28,151 nucleotides of DNA from Myxococcota bacterium. GTDB taxonomy: Bacteria > Myxococcota > JACRCW01. Positions within the stretch are counted from its first letter, which is position 1. Every line of letters starts with the position of its first letter. The notes below the pieces were generated by a model. It did no database searches. It was not told where the DNA came from and saw only the letters and a program-made list of their open reading frames with translations. This document shows positions 8,144-16,778 of the stretch, in pieces. The stretch is from contig JBFMGU010000140.1 of the NCBI GenBank assembly GCA_040752415.1, forward strand, positions 1-28,151. Reading direction: 5' to 3'. The translations under genes and the position numbers were made by a program.

Positions 8144-8758
8144 GTGGCCAGTGAATCCGGGTCATCCACGTCGGACGATCTGCTGCCGCTGCTGCAGCGC
8201 TTCGCCGCCGGCGACGAGGCTGCGTTCGAGGAGCTGATGCGGCGCCATGGTGGACTGGTGCGCCGGGTGATTGCGGGGCGCGTCCGCAGCGCGTTTGACC
8301 GGGAGGAGGTGGAGCAGGAGGTGTGGCTCCAAGTCTATCGCAGCCGCGGCACGCTGGACCTCCAGCAGCACGCCACGTTCCCGCGCTGGCTGTCCACGGT
8401 GACGTATCGCAAATGCATGGACCTGCTGCGGCGCCGCCGTCTCGTCGAGAAGTTGGCCTTTGCGGAGGGTGTTCCCCTGCTGGCCGAGACCACCGAGCCG
8501 GAACAAACCGCGGAGACCCGTGAGCTCCTGGCCGCCGCGGAGGAATTCAAACGCAAGCTCAAACCAGAATGGTGCGCGTTCTTTGAGCTGCATTTCATCC
8601 AGGGCCTGGAATACAAGGAAGTGGGCAGCCGACTCTCCATTGGCTACCTCCGCTGCAAATACATGCGCCGCGTCCTGGCGTTCCGCGCCCAGAAGAACCG
8701 GCGCCTGATGGACGCCCTGGGCCGGTACCTGCGCACCCAGGACGGCGGTCGGCTCTGA
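8144..8758 (+). CDS. RNA polymerase sigma-70 factor, ECF subfamily
   Basis: GDEAAFEELMRRH, DREEVEQEVWLQVY and FPRWLSTVTYRKCMDLLRR form region 2. FFELHFIQGLEYKEVGSRLSI forms region 4. GTG 8144 follows GGAGG at 8131-8135; ATG 8087 is an alternative in-frame start. Confidence 0.92.
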   Translation: MASESGSSTSDDLLPLLQRFAAGDEAAFEELMRRHGGLVRRVIAGRVRSAFDREEVEQEVWLQVYRSRGTLDLQQHATFPRWLSTVTYRKCMDLLRRRRLVEKLAFAEGVPLLAETTEPEQTAETRELLAAAEEFKRKLKPEWCAFFELHFIQGLEYKEVGSRLSIGYLRCKYMRRVLAFRAQKNRRLMDALGRYLRTQDGGRL

Positions 8759-8891
8759 CTCGGCGGTGGCTGTGGGGCGTGAGCGGCGTCCGATTCGGTG
8801 GCGCGCGCTTTCACCCCGATTGGGCGCAGACCGCGCTACCGCGGTTCCCGTTCAGGTGGACCGACGGGTTTTCCCAATCCCAATCCCGGAC

Positions 8892-11492
8892 TCAAGGCGT
8901 GCGTGACCACTGGCGTGTCGCGGACACGTTGTACCGGGGCGACCCCGGCGGTTGATTGGTGATGGCGTTGAGATTGGTGTCGAACTGCCAGACCCGGGAC
9001 GGAGCCGTGTAGTAGGTGTTTGGTCCGACGAAAGGCTGCTTGGCATAGACGGAGCTGAATCCCACCACGACGGACCCGTTGACGCGATGCTGGACCCCGC
9101 CGCCCCAGTCCTCCAGGTAGCGCATGAAGTTGTTCATCCCGCCTCCGCTCGCCGACGTGGAGGGAAGAACCTGGCCGGCCAGGATCTGCAGATTGTACGT
9201 CGTCACCGTGGCATTGCGGTCGTTGGTGGTCCCGGAGTTGACGCTGCCGTCCCGGTCCCACGTCACGTTGCCGTTGGCTCCGCTCATCCGGCCGTCGTCC
9301 CAGGCGTTGGAGAGCATGGTGATCGCGTCTCCCGCTACCAGGGAAGGCACCCACGGCGAGGAGCCTGGCGTCGACGACGTGTTGTAGTCCCCCAGGACGT
9401 AGACGGGCAGGTTCGAGGCGATGGTGAGCCCCTTGGGAAAAGTACCCACCGGGATGTTGGCGGCGTTGATGATCCGGACGGCGTTGGGGCGCCCCAGGCC
9501 GCCGTAGCTGCAGGCCCGTCCCGTGAACAGAGCGGCATTGCCCGTGGTGCCAGTCAGCGTCCCCGAAACCGTGTCGGAACAAAGGGGGAACGGGAGGCTC
9601 TGATTGCCAATGCCCGAATTGAACTGCATGACCTGGTTGGAATCATTCTGGGTTGCCGTCCCCTGGGCGGGCCACGAGGTGGGCCACGCATCCGGGAAAC
9701 CATTCATCGAGCCGGTCCACGTGTTCGTGATGTAAACAATGCCATTGAACGGGCGTCCCGCGCCGCCGAAGTGCGTCCCCAGTTCCCCGGTTCCGGCCGC
9801 CACGCTGTTCAGCGCCGTGGTGAACTGCGCAACGTCGAAATTGACGGGAAGGATGCGTCCCCCGTTGCCAAGGTCCAACGCCACGCGACCATCCACGAAA
9901 CCGGACCGCGTGCCCTGCAGGAGCTGGTCCGCCACATTCAGTTGGGCATTGGTTGTTCCACCCTTCCTGGCCGTACACACCGCGCCGTTGGCGACGTCCC
10001 AGTTCAGCGCGTTCCTGACCTTGAGCTGCCCCGGCGCCCCGCAACCCGTGCCGGCACAGGTTTGACAGAAGCAGCTGTCGTTGGTGGCGCTGCAGCCGCG
10101 GGAGGTACCCGGGTTGTTCCAGAAGAGGAACCCCGGCGTGTAGTTGTTGGCGCCAGCACGGAAAAGCATCCCATACGAGATGACGCCGGTGTTTCCGGTG
10201 TTGTTGTTGATGAGCAGCCCATTGGCCGGGTCGGTTTCGTAGTGGGAGTAGAGTTGTGGTTTGTCCACGCCCAGCGCCGTGGCTCCGGGGAAGAGGTCAT
10301 TCTGACCCACCTGGAGACCCGAGCCCTCCAAGCCCTCCGTGCCCTCGCCCGTCACCGTGGTCCTGGCACCGGGATGGTCTGACCAGATGGGCGTGCCGGG
10401 CCAACCACAGCCATCGGATGGATTCGTTGGACGGAGAAACCAGATGCCATTCACGATCCTGATGTCCGCCTGACAGGCCAGCTTCTGCTGAAGCACATCC
10501 GCGGGGTCCGACGACCGCGGAGGATCCACCAGGAACCGTGAGGTGTTGGCGTTGGACCGGACCGCCGTCCCGCCCACGTCCGTCCCTGCCTGTGTCGCGG
10601 GGGGCGTTGCCACGGGCAGTTTCAGCTCGGGGACTCCGTGCGCCACATCCTGCGCGTTCCCACCCCAGCGATTGAGCGCGTAGGTCTGCCACCCGCCCGT
10701 GCACGTCGCGTTGGTGCAGCCATTGTCATTGGCGGTGGTCATGGTCTGGTTCACGCCGGAACCATCCTTGATCCACAACGACGCTCCGCCGGAGTAGTCC
10801 AGCCCGCAGCGGGCGGAATCGTCACCGTGGATGATCCGCCCGGAGGCCGTGATCTTCGACAAGGTGATCGTCCCGGTGTTGCCTGGGCCAAGGCAGGCGT
10901 CGCTGTTGGCGTGGACCCGCCCGTCGATCGAGAGGGTTGCGCTGGTGTCAAAGTAGAAGAACGCGTCGTCGGAGAAGATGAAGAACTGGAACATGCCCAC
11001 CTGTCCCAGCGTCACCGTCTGGCTGGTGGTGCCAATGGCACCGGTGCGGTTGTCCCGGAGTCGCAAGCTGAATGTCACGGGATCTTGCCGGCTATGCATT
11101 CCCATGAACGGCCCACTGGGAAGCGGTCCGGCCGGGTTGGTGGTGACGGCGGAGATGCTGAAGCTCTCCCGCGCGTAGCCAGCGGGCGTGATGCTGTCCA
11201 GGAGCGACGGCGTGAAGCTGGCCGCCAGCTCCGCGGAGGTGGGCGTGGGATCCCCTGCCATGTAGTTGGAGGCCGCCACCACGACGGCTTTCCCCATCCC
11301 GTCCGCCGCGTAGAAGGCACGACGTGACGCCACCATGTCGGCGGAAACACGCAGCGCGCTCTCTTCCTTGTTGAGGAGGCTCAACACCACCACGCCGATG
11401 ATCCCGGTGAGGATGAGCGTGATCGGAAGGACGAAGCCCCGGGCGCGACGACGCCCAGGACGAGTTCCTCGCATGTGCGGGACTGATCGCAT
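8892..11492 (-). CDS. Giant PilX-like minor pilin (class III signal lacking Glu+5) fused to a ~700-aa globular domain; putative pilus tip protein
   Basis: GGAGG RBS. Basic leader RRRARG|FVLPITLILTGIIGVVVLSLL with Ile at +5, and the PilX N-terminal motif RAFYAADGM. The C-terminus has SNLPVYVLGDYN, GGMNNFMRYLEDW and YYTAPSRVWQFD. It is the last gene of the pilin cassette. Confidence 0.88.
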   Translation of the reverse strand: MRSVPHMRGTRPGRRRARGFVLPITLILTGIIGVVVLSLLNKEESALRVSADMVASRRAFYAADGMGKAVVVAASNYMAGDPTPTSAELAASFTPSLLDSITPAGYARESFSISAVTTNPAGPLPSGPFMGMHSRQDPVTFSLRLRDNRTGAIGTTSQTVTLGQVGMFQFFIFSDDAFFYFDTSATLSIDGRVHANSDACLGPGNTGTITLSKITASGRIIHGDDSARCGLDYSGGASLWIKDGSGVNQTMTTANDNGCTNATCTGGWQTYALNRWGGNAQDVAHGVPELKLPVATPPATQAGTDVGGTAVRSNANTSRFLVDPPRSSDPADVLQQKLACQADIRIVNGIWFLRPTNPSDGCGWPGTPIWSDHPGARTTVTGEGTEGLEGSGLQVGQNDLFPGATALGVDKPQLYSHYETDPANGLLINNNTGNTGVISYGMLFRAGANNYTPGFLFWNNPGTSRGCSATNDSCFCQTCAGTGCGAPGQLKVRNALNWDVANGAVCTARKGGTTNAQLNVADQLLQGTRSGFVDGRVALDLGNGGRILPVNFDVAQFTTALNSVAAGTGELGTHFGGAGRPFNGIVYITNTWTGSMNGFPDAWPTSWPAQGTATQNDSNQVMQFNSGIGNQSLPFPLCSDTVSGTLTGTTGNAALFTGRACSYGGLGRPNAVRIINAANIPVGTFPKGLTIASNLPVYVLGDYNTSSTPGSSPWVPSLVAGDAITMLSNAWDDGRMSGANGNVTWDRDGSVNSGTTNDRNATVTTYNLQILAGQVLPSTSASGGGMNNFMRYLEDWGGGVQHRVNGSVVVGFSSVYAKQPFVGPNTYYTAPSRVWQFDTNLNAITNQPPGSPRYNVSATRQWSRTP

Positions 11493-11518
11493 CTGCTTCC
11501 TCCCGTGCCCTGCTGCCG

Positions 11519-12529
11519 TTAGTTGAAGATGAACAGGTTGCGCGTGTACGCCAGAGAGCGAGCAGCACGCAGGTGCACGTTCTGCACGGAGCGCAGCGGC
11601 CCGTTGAGAAGGGACGCCGTCGACTCCAGCTTGGGACTGGGTGCGCCAACCATGATGCCCACCGCCACGAGGCGGAGATCACTGCGCGCCGCGATGTCGG
11701 TGCCAACCTGGAGCAGCCCGCTGGAGAGCGTGTCGCTGGTGCTGTTGAACTGCCATTCATCCGTGCCGCTGTTGGTGTCTGAGACGCGTCCGTCGGCCGG
11801 GTTGATCATGTCAAAGCCGTAGGCGAACTGGAGGTCATGGACCCGGTCGGCGAGCACGGTGATTTCCGCGGCATCCGCCGTGTTGTCCGCGTCAGCATCA
11901 ACCCAGCGCTTCAGCTCGTGGGTGGCGCTGTCCCAGTAGTAGGTGGCGACGGTCACCATGGTCAGCGTGGCTCCGGCCCAGCTGCCCGGGAGCTGGTCGA
12001 GCCCCGCCGCCTGACCGGTCACGAACGTCGCCTGGTCGGCACCGGGGCTGTTGATGGCCGTGATCACCACCGAGCGATGCTGGCCCGCGCTGTTGGTCAG
12101 CACCGCGTGCTTGTTGACCATCCCCGCCACCAGGCAACCCGCGGTGGTGGTGAGCGGGCCATTCACTCCACCCGCGGTGACGCCGCACTCCGGGGCCACA
12201 AAGGACGAGTCCAAGGTCAGGACCGTCAGCCGGTCGGAGTCCTGGCAATCCGGCAGGCCCGCGCGCGGAGCACAATCATCCTCGATCCACACCGCGTACC
12301 ACGGCCGCACATTCCCGCCGCCAACGGGCTGGACCGTCCTCACAAGGAAGTCGACGAGCAGCTTGGCATCCACATCCGCCGACGCCCGGCTCTCCACCGC
12401 TTTGATGTCGGTGGTCATCTGGACGATGAGGTGGCTGCTCACCTCCAGGATGGTGAGACTGGCCGCTAGCGCGATCACGAGCTCAATGAGCGTAAAGCCG
12501 CGAGCGGCCCGTCGGCGCTGGGTATCCAT
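11519..12529 (-). CDS. pilW: PilW-like type IV minor pilin
   Basis: Prepilin motif AARG|FTLIELVIALAAS. PilW-typical TYYWD and LADRVHDLQFAYGFD, with C-terminal TRNL. 336 aa. Confidence 0.85.
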   Translation of the reverse strand: MDTQRRRAARGFTLIELVIALAASLTILEVSSHLIVQMTTDIKAVESRASADVDAKLLVDFLVRTVQPVGGGNVRPWYAVWIEDDCAPRAGLPDCQDSDRLTVLTLDSSFVAPECGVTAGGVNGPLTTTAGCLVAGMVNKHAVLTNSAGQHRSVVITAINSPGADQATFVTGQAAGLDQLPGSWAGATLTMVTVATYYWDSATHELKRWVDADADNTADAAEITVLADRVHDLQFAYGFDMINPADGRVSDTNSGTDEWQFNSTSDTLSSGLLQVGTDIAARSDLRLVAVGIMVGAPSPKLESTASLLNGPLRSVQNVHLRAARSLAYTRNLFIFN

Positions 12530-12532
12530 GCC

Positions 12533-12955
12533 TCAATTCCTCACCGTCTGCAGGGTGATGCTCCGCGTGGCCCCTTGATGGTTCCACGAGATGGCCAGGG
12601 TGATTTGCTTGAGGCCAGGCACCGGCGCATAGCCCGCCACGGACCACTCCGCGGTGTAGGTTCCGCCCGCCGCCACCTTTCTCCCGGCTCCATCAAAGTA
12701 GACGGTGCAGTTGGTTCCGGTGCAGCCCGCGGACGTCAACTGGGAGTCTCCCTGGGTCCGGGAAACCAGGTCTTCCATGACGTAGTCGGCGATGCTCAGG
12801 GCCTGTGTCATGTGCCGTTGCTTGGCCTGGAGACCCGCCGCGGTGCTCAGGCCCAACAGCGCCCCGCCGATCCCAGCGATCATGACGGTGCTTGAAACCA
12901 CGGCCTCGATGATTGAGAACCCCTTCGCCTTGGCGCGCGATTGTTTCTTCAACAC
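12533..12955 (-). CDS. pilV: PilV-like type IV minor pilin
   Basis: Prepilin motif AKG|FSIIEAVVSSTVM. A..IA..VMEDL and LKQITLAISW are typical of PilV/GspI. GTG start with GGAGG RBS. Confidence 0.85.
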   Translation of the reverse strand: MLKKQSRAKAKGFSIIEAVVSSTVMIAGIGGALLGLSTAAGLQAKQRHMTQALSIADYVMEDLVSRTQGDSQLTSAGCTGTNCTVYFDGAGRKVAAGGTYTAEWSVAGYAPVPGLKQITLAISWNHQGATRSITLQTVRN

Positions 12956-12979
12956 GCGTTCCTCCGCCTTCCACGCCGC

Positions 12980-13486
12980 TCACAACACGCGGACAGAGCC
13001 AATCGCCGGCATCACTCGAATCATGTATTGCTCGCCCGAAACCAGCGTCACCGTCATGGTGGCGGGTCCGCCCGCCGTCGTTCCCCGGCTGCCGTTGAAT
13101 TCCAGGGGATTGCCAGTATTGAATTGGGTGATGGTTGAGATGTCGGACGAAAGAGAGACCGCCGGAAGCGCCGGGCTCGACAGCGCCGGCCCGCCGCACG
13201 TGGCATGAACCGTGGTGGTCAGCTTCTTGGCGGCCGTATCGATGTCTACTTTCACGCAGTACTCCGACTTCCCCGCCAGGGTCCTCGCCGCAACCAGCGC
13301 GTTCTCGACGCGCGAGCGCTCCATGAGACCCCGCTGCTTGCCCATGGCTCGACTCATGGAAGGCCCGCCAATGGCGGTGAGAATGCCGACGAGCGCCACA
13401 ACGATGACGAGCTCGACCAGGGTGAAACCGCGGGCCGGCCTGGGCTTCCGCCTGCGACGAAGCGGAACCGAAGGATGACCAACCAT
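12980..13486 (-). CDS. fimU: FimU/FimT-like type IV minor pilin
   Basis: Prepilin motif ARG|FTLVELVIVVALVGILTAIGGP. ARTLA, LEFNGSRG and IRVMPAIGSVRV match GspH/FimT-like features. ATG 13486 follows GGAGG at 5 nt spacing. Confidence 0.85.
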   Translation of the reverse strand: MVGHPSVPLRRRRKPRPARGFTLVELVIVVALVGILTAIGGPSMSRAMGKQRGLMERSRVENALVAARTLAGKSEYCVKVDIDTAAKKLTTTVHATCGGPALSSPALPAVSLSSDISTITQFNTGNPLEFNGSRGTTAGGPATMTVTLVSGEQYMIRVMPAIGSVRVL

Positions 13487-13524
13487 CCACACCTCCATCA
13501 CTTCCGCCTGCCCGAAGGGGCCGC

Positions 13525-14130
13525 CTACAGGTCAACCCCTTCCCGCGTTTCCCCGCCGCGGGCGGTTTGCTCCTGCGCAAATTGTTCGGATTCCCTCACC
13601 GCATCACGTCTGCGCTGGGAGACCTCCACCGTCTCCTGCCCAGCAGCCAACGCGGCGCCGCACGCGCTGACCACGTTGAATGCGTATTTCCGCTCCTTGG
13701 CGAGCCTTTCGGAGAGGAGATTGAATTCCCTGCTTCTCATCCTTCCCGGCTCGACGGCCACGCTCTCCTCGTAGCTCTTCACCGCGGCGGGGACGTCCGC
13801 GCACGCTGCGACAACCTGCCCCAGAGCCGACACCAGGATTCCGTCCTGGGGCAGGTTCTGCGCATCGGCTTCCAGCTTCGTTCTTTGCGCGGAGATCCGA
13901 CTCGCATCCTGGCGCAGGGACTCCGCGCCGGCGCGGGAGCGGGACATCAGATCCTCGACTCGCTCCGTGGGCACGGCGCACCCGTAACAACACAGGAAAC
14001 AAACCAGCGCCCAAGGCTTCTTGGCTCCCTGTCGCCCCAGCCGCGTCTGGTCCTTGGCGCTCGGGCACACCGCCCCGACGCTGGATGCCGCTCGGCGCCC
14101 TGCCAAGCCCGGTGTGGGTCCTCGTTCCAT
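13525..14130 (-). CDS. Hypothetical helical/coiled-coil protein, possible lipoprotein, upstream of the pilin cassette
   Basis: ATG 14130 after GGAGGGAG. Hydrophobic WALVCFLCCYGC segment ends in a lipobox-like Cys, followed by heptad-rich helices. Stops 38 bp before the fimU start. The start site is uncertain. Confidence 0.55.
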   Translation of the reverse strand: MERGPTPGLAGRRAASSVGAVCPSAKDQTRLGRQGAKKPWALVCFLCCYGCAVPTERVEDLMSRSRAGAESLRQDASRISAQRTKLEADAQNLPQDGILVSALGQVVAACADVPAAVKSYEESVAVEPGRMRSREFNLLSERLAKERKYAFNVVSACGAALAAGQETVEVSQRRRDAVRESEQFAQEQTARGGETREGVDL

Positions 14131-14423
14131 CTCCCTCCTCCGCATACCTGAAAGGGACTTACGCGCGGACAAACGGGGAAGGTCATTTTTTGTGGAGTAG
14201 TGCCCTGGCCAAGGGGACAGGATCAGCGTGCAGCGGCTGTGGCGTCCCTGGCACGACGAAGTGTGGACCTCGGCACCACCCCGAACTGCTGTCGCCAGGG
14301 ATGCACGTGTGCGCCACCTTCATGCTGGGGCGGAGGGCGGGCGGTTTCTCCCTTTCGCCAGGCGGTGGCCAGCCGGTTCCTCCACGCGCCGCGGGTGCAC
14401 GTTGCGCGGGCTCGCCGTGCGGG

Positions 14424-15362
14424 TCACGGGGGCCAGGTGCCGCCGTGGAACCGTGCCTTGAGCACCTCGATGAACGCGTGCTGAAGGGGGACCAGCAGCT
14501 CCACGGGGAGAGCGGGAGGAACCGGAGCATGAGCCCAGGCCGCCAACATTTCCGGCGTGACCTGCCCCCAGCGGCCCTGGGTGAAGCCATTGAGCCGGAC
14601 CACGGCCTCCACCATCCCCGGGTTCTGCACCAGCGCGCCCGTCCAGCGCATCCGCACCAGGAACTGTCCCTGGTCCGTGGTGGGCTCGTTGAGGAGAAGC
14701 AGCAGGCAGAACGCCATGAACTGCTGCAGCACGCGACGCTGCGTGGCGAGGTCCGGAGGCGATGCGCCTTGACCCCACAGGGCGACATGCGCTGCGCGTC
14801 CTCCCAGCGGCACCATGCAGCGGTCAACTCCGTCCTCGGGGAGGACCGCGCACAGCTCGGCGCACAGCATGGCGAATGCGCCGGGCGTGCTCAGACCGTG
14901 ACCCCATTGTCCCAGGCGCTCCAGGAGCGGGAGGAGCGGAACGCCGTGCATGCGCTCCGCCAAGGAGGGCGTCGTCGAGGACACCGGCCTGACGCCCACG
15001 GTGGTGGCCACCTGGCCAAAGGAGATCGGCTCCTGCTGCGTCGCCCGCTCCCGCGCCTGGTTGGCATGCGTCACCACGCCATGTTTGCGCAACACCTCCG
15101 CCATCCTGGCCATCATTGCCGCCGGATCCCGGGGGTAGCGTTTTCCTTCACCCCACGCCGTCACCAGCGCGCTGTCCAACTCGCCACCCAGCACGTTGCG
15201 GAGCTTGCGCCACATGCTGGGGCTCGGCGCGGTGAAACGCTCCTCCTCGTCCAGGGCCTGTGCCAGCACGCGCGCAGACTTGCGGAAGAGGGACTCACTG
15301 GTCGGCTCCGTCAGGAACCGCTCCACCAACAACAGCGCATCTCGCAATCCAGCGTCGCTCAC
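14424..15362 (-). CDS. Hypothetical protein
   Basis: Long ORF with protein-like composition (VSDAGLRDALLLVERFLTEP...IEVLKARFHGGTWPP) and GC3-biased codons. GTG 15362 is the likely start. No family recognised. Confidence 0.7.
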   Translation of the reverse strand: MSDAGLRDALLLVERFLTEPTSESLFRKSARVLAQALDEEERFTAPSPSMWRKLRNVLGGELDSALVTAWGEGKRYPRDPAAMMARMAEVLRKHGVVTHANQARERATQQEPISFGQVATTVGVRPVSSTTPSLAERMHGVPLLPLLERLGQWGHGLSTPGAFAMLCAELCAVLPEDGVDRCMVPLGGRAAHVALWGQGASPPDLATQRRVLQQFMAFCLLLLLNEPTTDQGQFLVRMRWTGALVQNPGMVEAVVRLNGFTQGRWGQVTPEMLAAWAHAPVPPALPVELLVPLQHAFIEVLKARFHGGTWPP

Positions 15363-15550
15363 GTTTGTCCCAAGACGGCGGTGATGCCGTGATGACCCGA
15401 CCACTCCGCGCCCCAACCCGGGACGCCTTGTCTTGAACGCGGCCCACGCCGTCGCTGGACAAGTTTTTCCGCACACCGCGAGACGGTCCGCCCGAACCCG
15501 CCTCGCACCTCAGGGTCATCCGGGCATGGCTGGCCGCCGTCACCCACTGC

Positions 15551-16477
15551 TCAGCGCTGCGCAACGGGCAGCGGCGCGCCGGCTTCCCCGACGTAGACGC
15601 GAACCAGCTCGGGTCGGAACAGGTCCGTGACGTAGAGCCAGCGGGTGCCGAACGGCGCGGAACCAAAGGCCCCATTCGCCGCCACGGTGAAGCTCGCCGC
15701 GTCCGCCAACGTCGTCACCACCCGGTCCTGCCGACCCACGCGCACCACCCCCAGCCCGGTGGAGACCAGCACCAGGTCGCCGCTCTCCGTGACCGCGATG
15801 CCGTCCACCGTCTCCACGTCGTCGAGCCAGACCTCGGGCGCGCCGTACGTTCCGTCCCCCTGCACCGCCAGGGAGTACACCTTCCGCTCATCCCACGACG
15901 CCACGAAGGCCACGCTGCCATCCACGGAGAACGCCACGCCGTTGGGATAGCTGATGGCCTCGGTGACCAGGGCCAGGCCGCTTCCGTCGACGTTGACGCG
16001 GTACACCTTGTCCGCGGCGGAGTCGCTGAACAAGAGGCTGCCGTCCGGCGCCACCGCCACGAAGTTGGTCCGCTGGAACACCGTGCTCCCCGGCCCCAAC
16101 AACACCGACGCCACTCCGGCCGACGTCACGCGCCACAGCGCTCCCGGCATCTCCTCGGTGCCACCGGTTTCACCGCACACCACCAGGTCTCCGTCGGGCA
16201 GGACGGCCAGGCCCAGCGCGGCGGGAACGGCGGCGTGCTCGCTCACGGTTCCGTCGGGGAGGACCTTGAACACGCGGTTGCCCCCGGTCAGGAAGAGCAC
16301 GTCGCGCCCTTCCGCATCCCGGCCAAAGGCAATGCCCTCCGTCGACACCGGCAGCGTGGCGAACCGCTCCAGCGCCCCAATGGGCGGCGCGTTGCTCGAG
16401 GCATCAGGCGATGACGACGGAGAGTTGGCAGCGGGCGCGCATGCGGCGAGGAGCAGGAGGCCGGACAGGAAACGCAT
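15551..16477 (-). CDS. SMP-30/gluconolactonase/LRE family beta-propeller lipoprotein
   Basis: Lipobox MRFLSGLLLLAAC. Motifs TEGIAF, TNFVAVAPDGSLLFSDS, YPNGVAFSVDG, VDGIAV and ANGAFG...LYVT. Confidence 0.9.
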   Translation of the reverse strand: MRFLSGLLLLAACAPAANSPSSSPDASSNAPPIGALERFATLPVSTEGIAFGRDAEGRDVLFLTGGNRVFKVLPDGTVSEHAAVPAALGLAVLPDGDLVVCGETGGTEEMPGALWRVTSAGVASVLLGPGSTVFQRTNFVAVAPDGSLLFSDSAADKVYRVNVDGSGLALVTEAISYPNGVAFSVDGSVAFVASWDERKVYSLAVQGDGTYGAPEVWLDDVETVDGIAVTESGDLVLVSTGLGVVRVGRQDRVVTTLADAASFTVAANGAFGSAPFGTRWLYVTDLFRPELVRVYVGEAGAPLPVAQR

Positions 16478-16778
16478 GGCGCTGTGGTGCCTCATGAGGC
16501 GCACCGGCGGCAAGGGTTTCTCCGCGCATCATGATCTGGCTCCACAACGCCCACGGGTGTCGCAACCCGTTCACGACGAGGACGGACCAATGCGGCACGT
16601 CCCGTCGAATGCCCACCTCTGAAGTGGACCCGAATTCCGGACCACCGCATCCCTCCGTGAGCATGTCGCAGGTGGCGCTGGCGGATCTCAACGGGGATCG
16701 GCATGCCACTGGGGTTTCTTGTTGCCATTCCCGACGAGTGGGAAGGAGGGTGCGCCCATTGTCCCTGGAGGTTGACCC

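Noticed and set aside
6363..8165. 600-aa - strand ORF
   Set aside because: It is antisense to the lipase, which has complete catalytic motifs, and its composition is not protein-like.
8847..8872. Hairpin plus TTTT as an intrinsic terminator after the ECF gene
   Set aside because: The stem (cccgt/acggg) is short with a large loop, too weak to call.
8952..10382. 476-aa + strand ORF
   Set aside because: It is the antisense shadow of the giant PilX gene.
14085..15392. 435-aa + strand ORF
   Set aside because: It is the His/Arg/Gln-rich mirror of the more protein-like minus-strand ORF 14424-15362.
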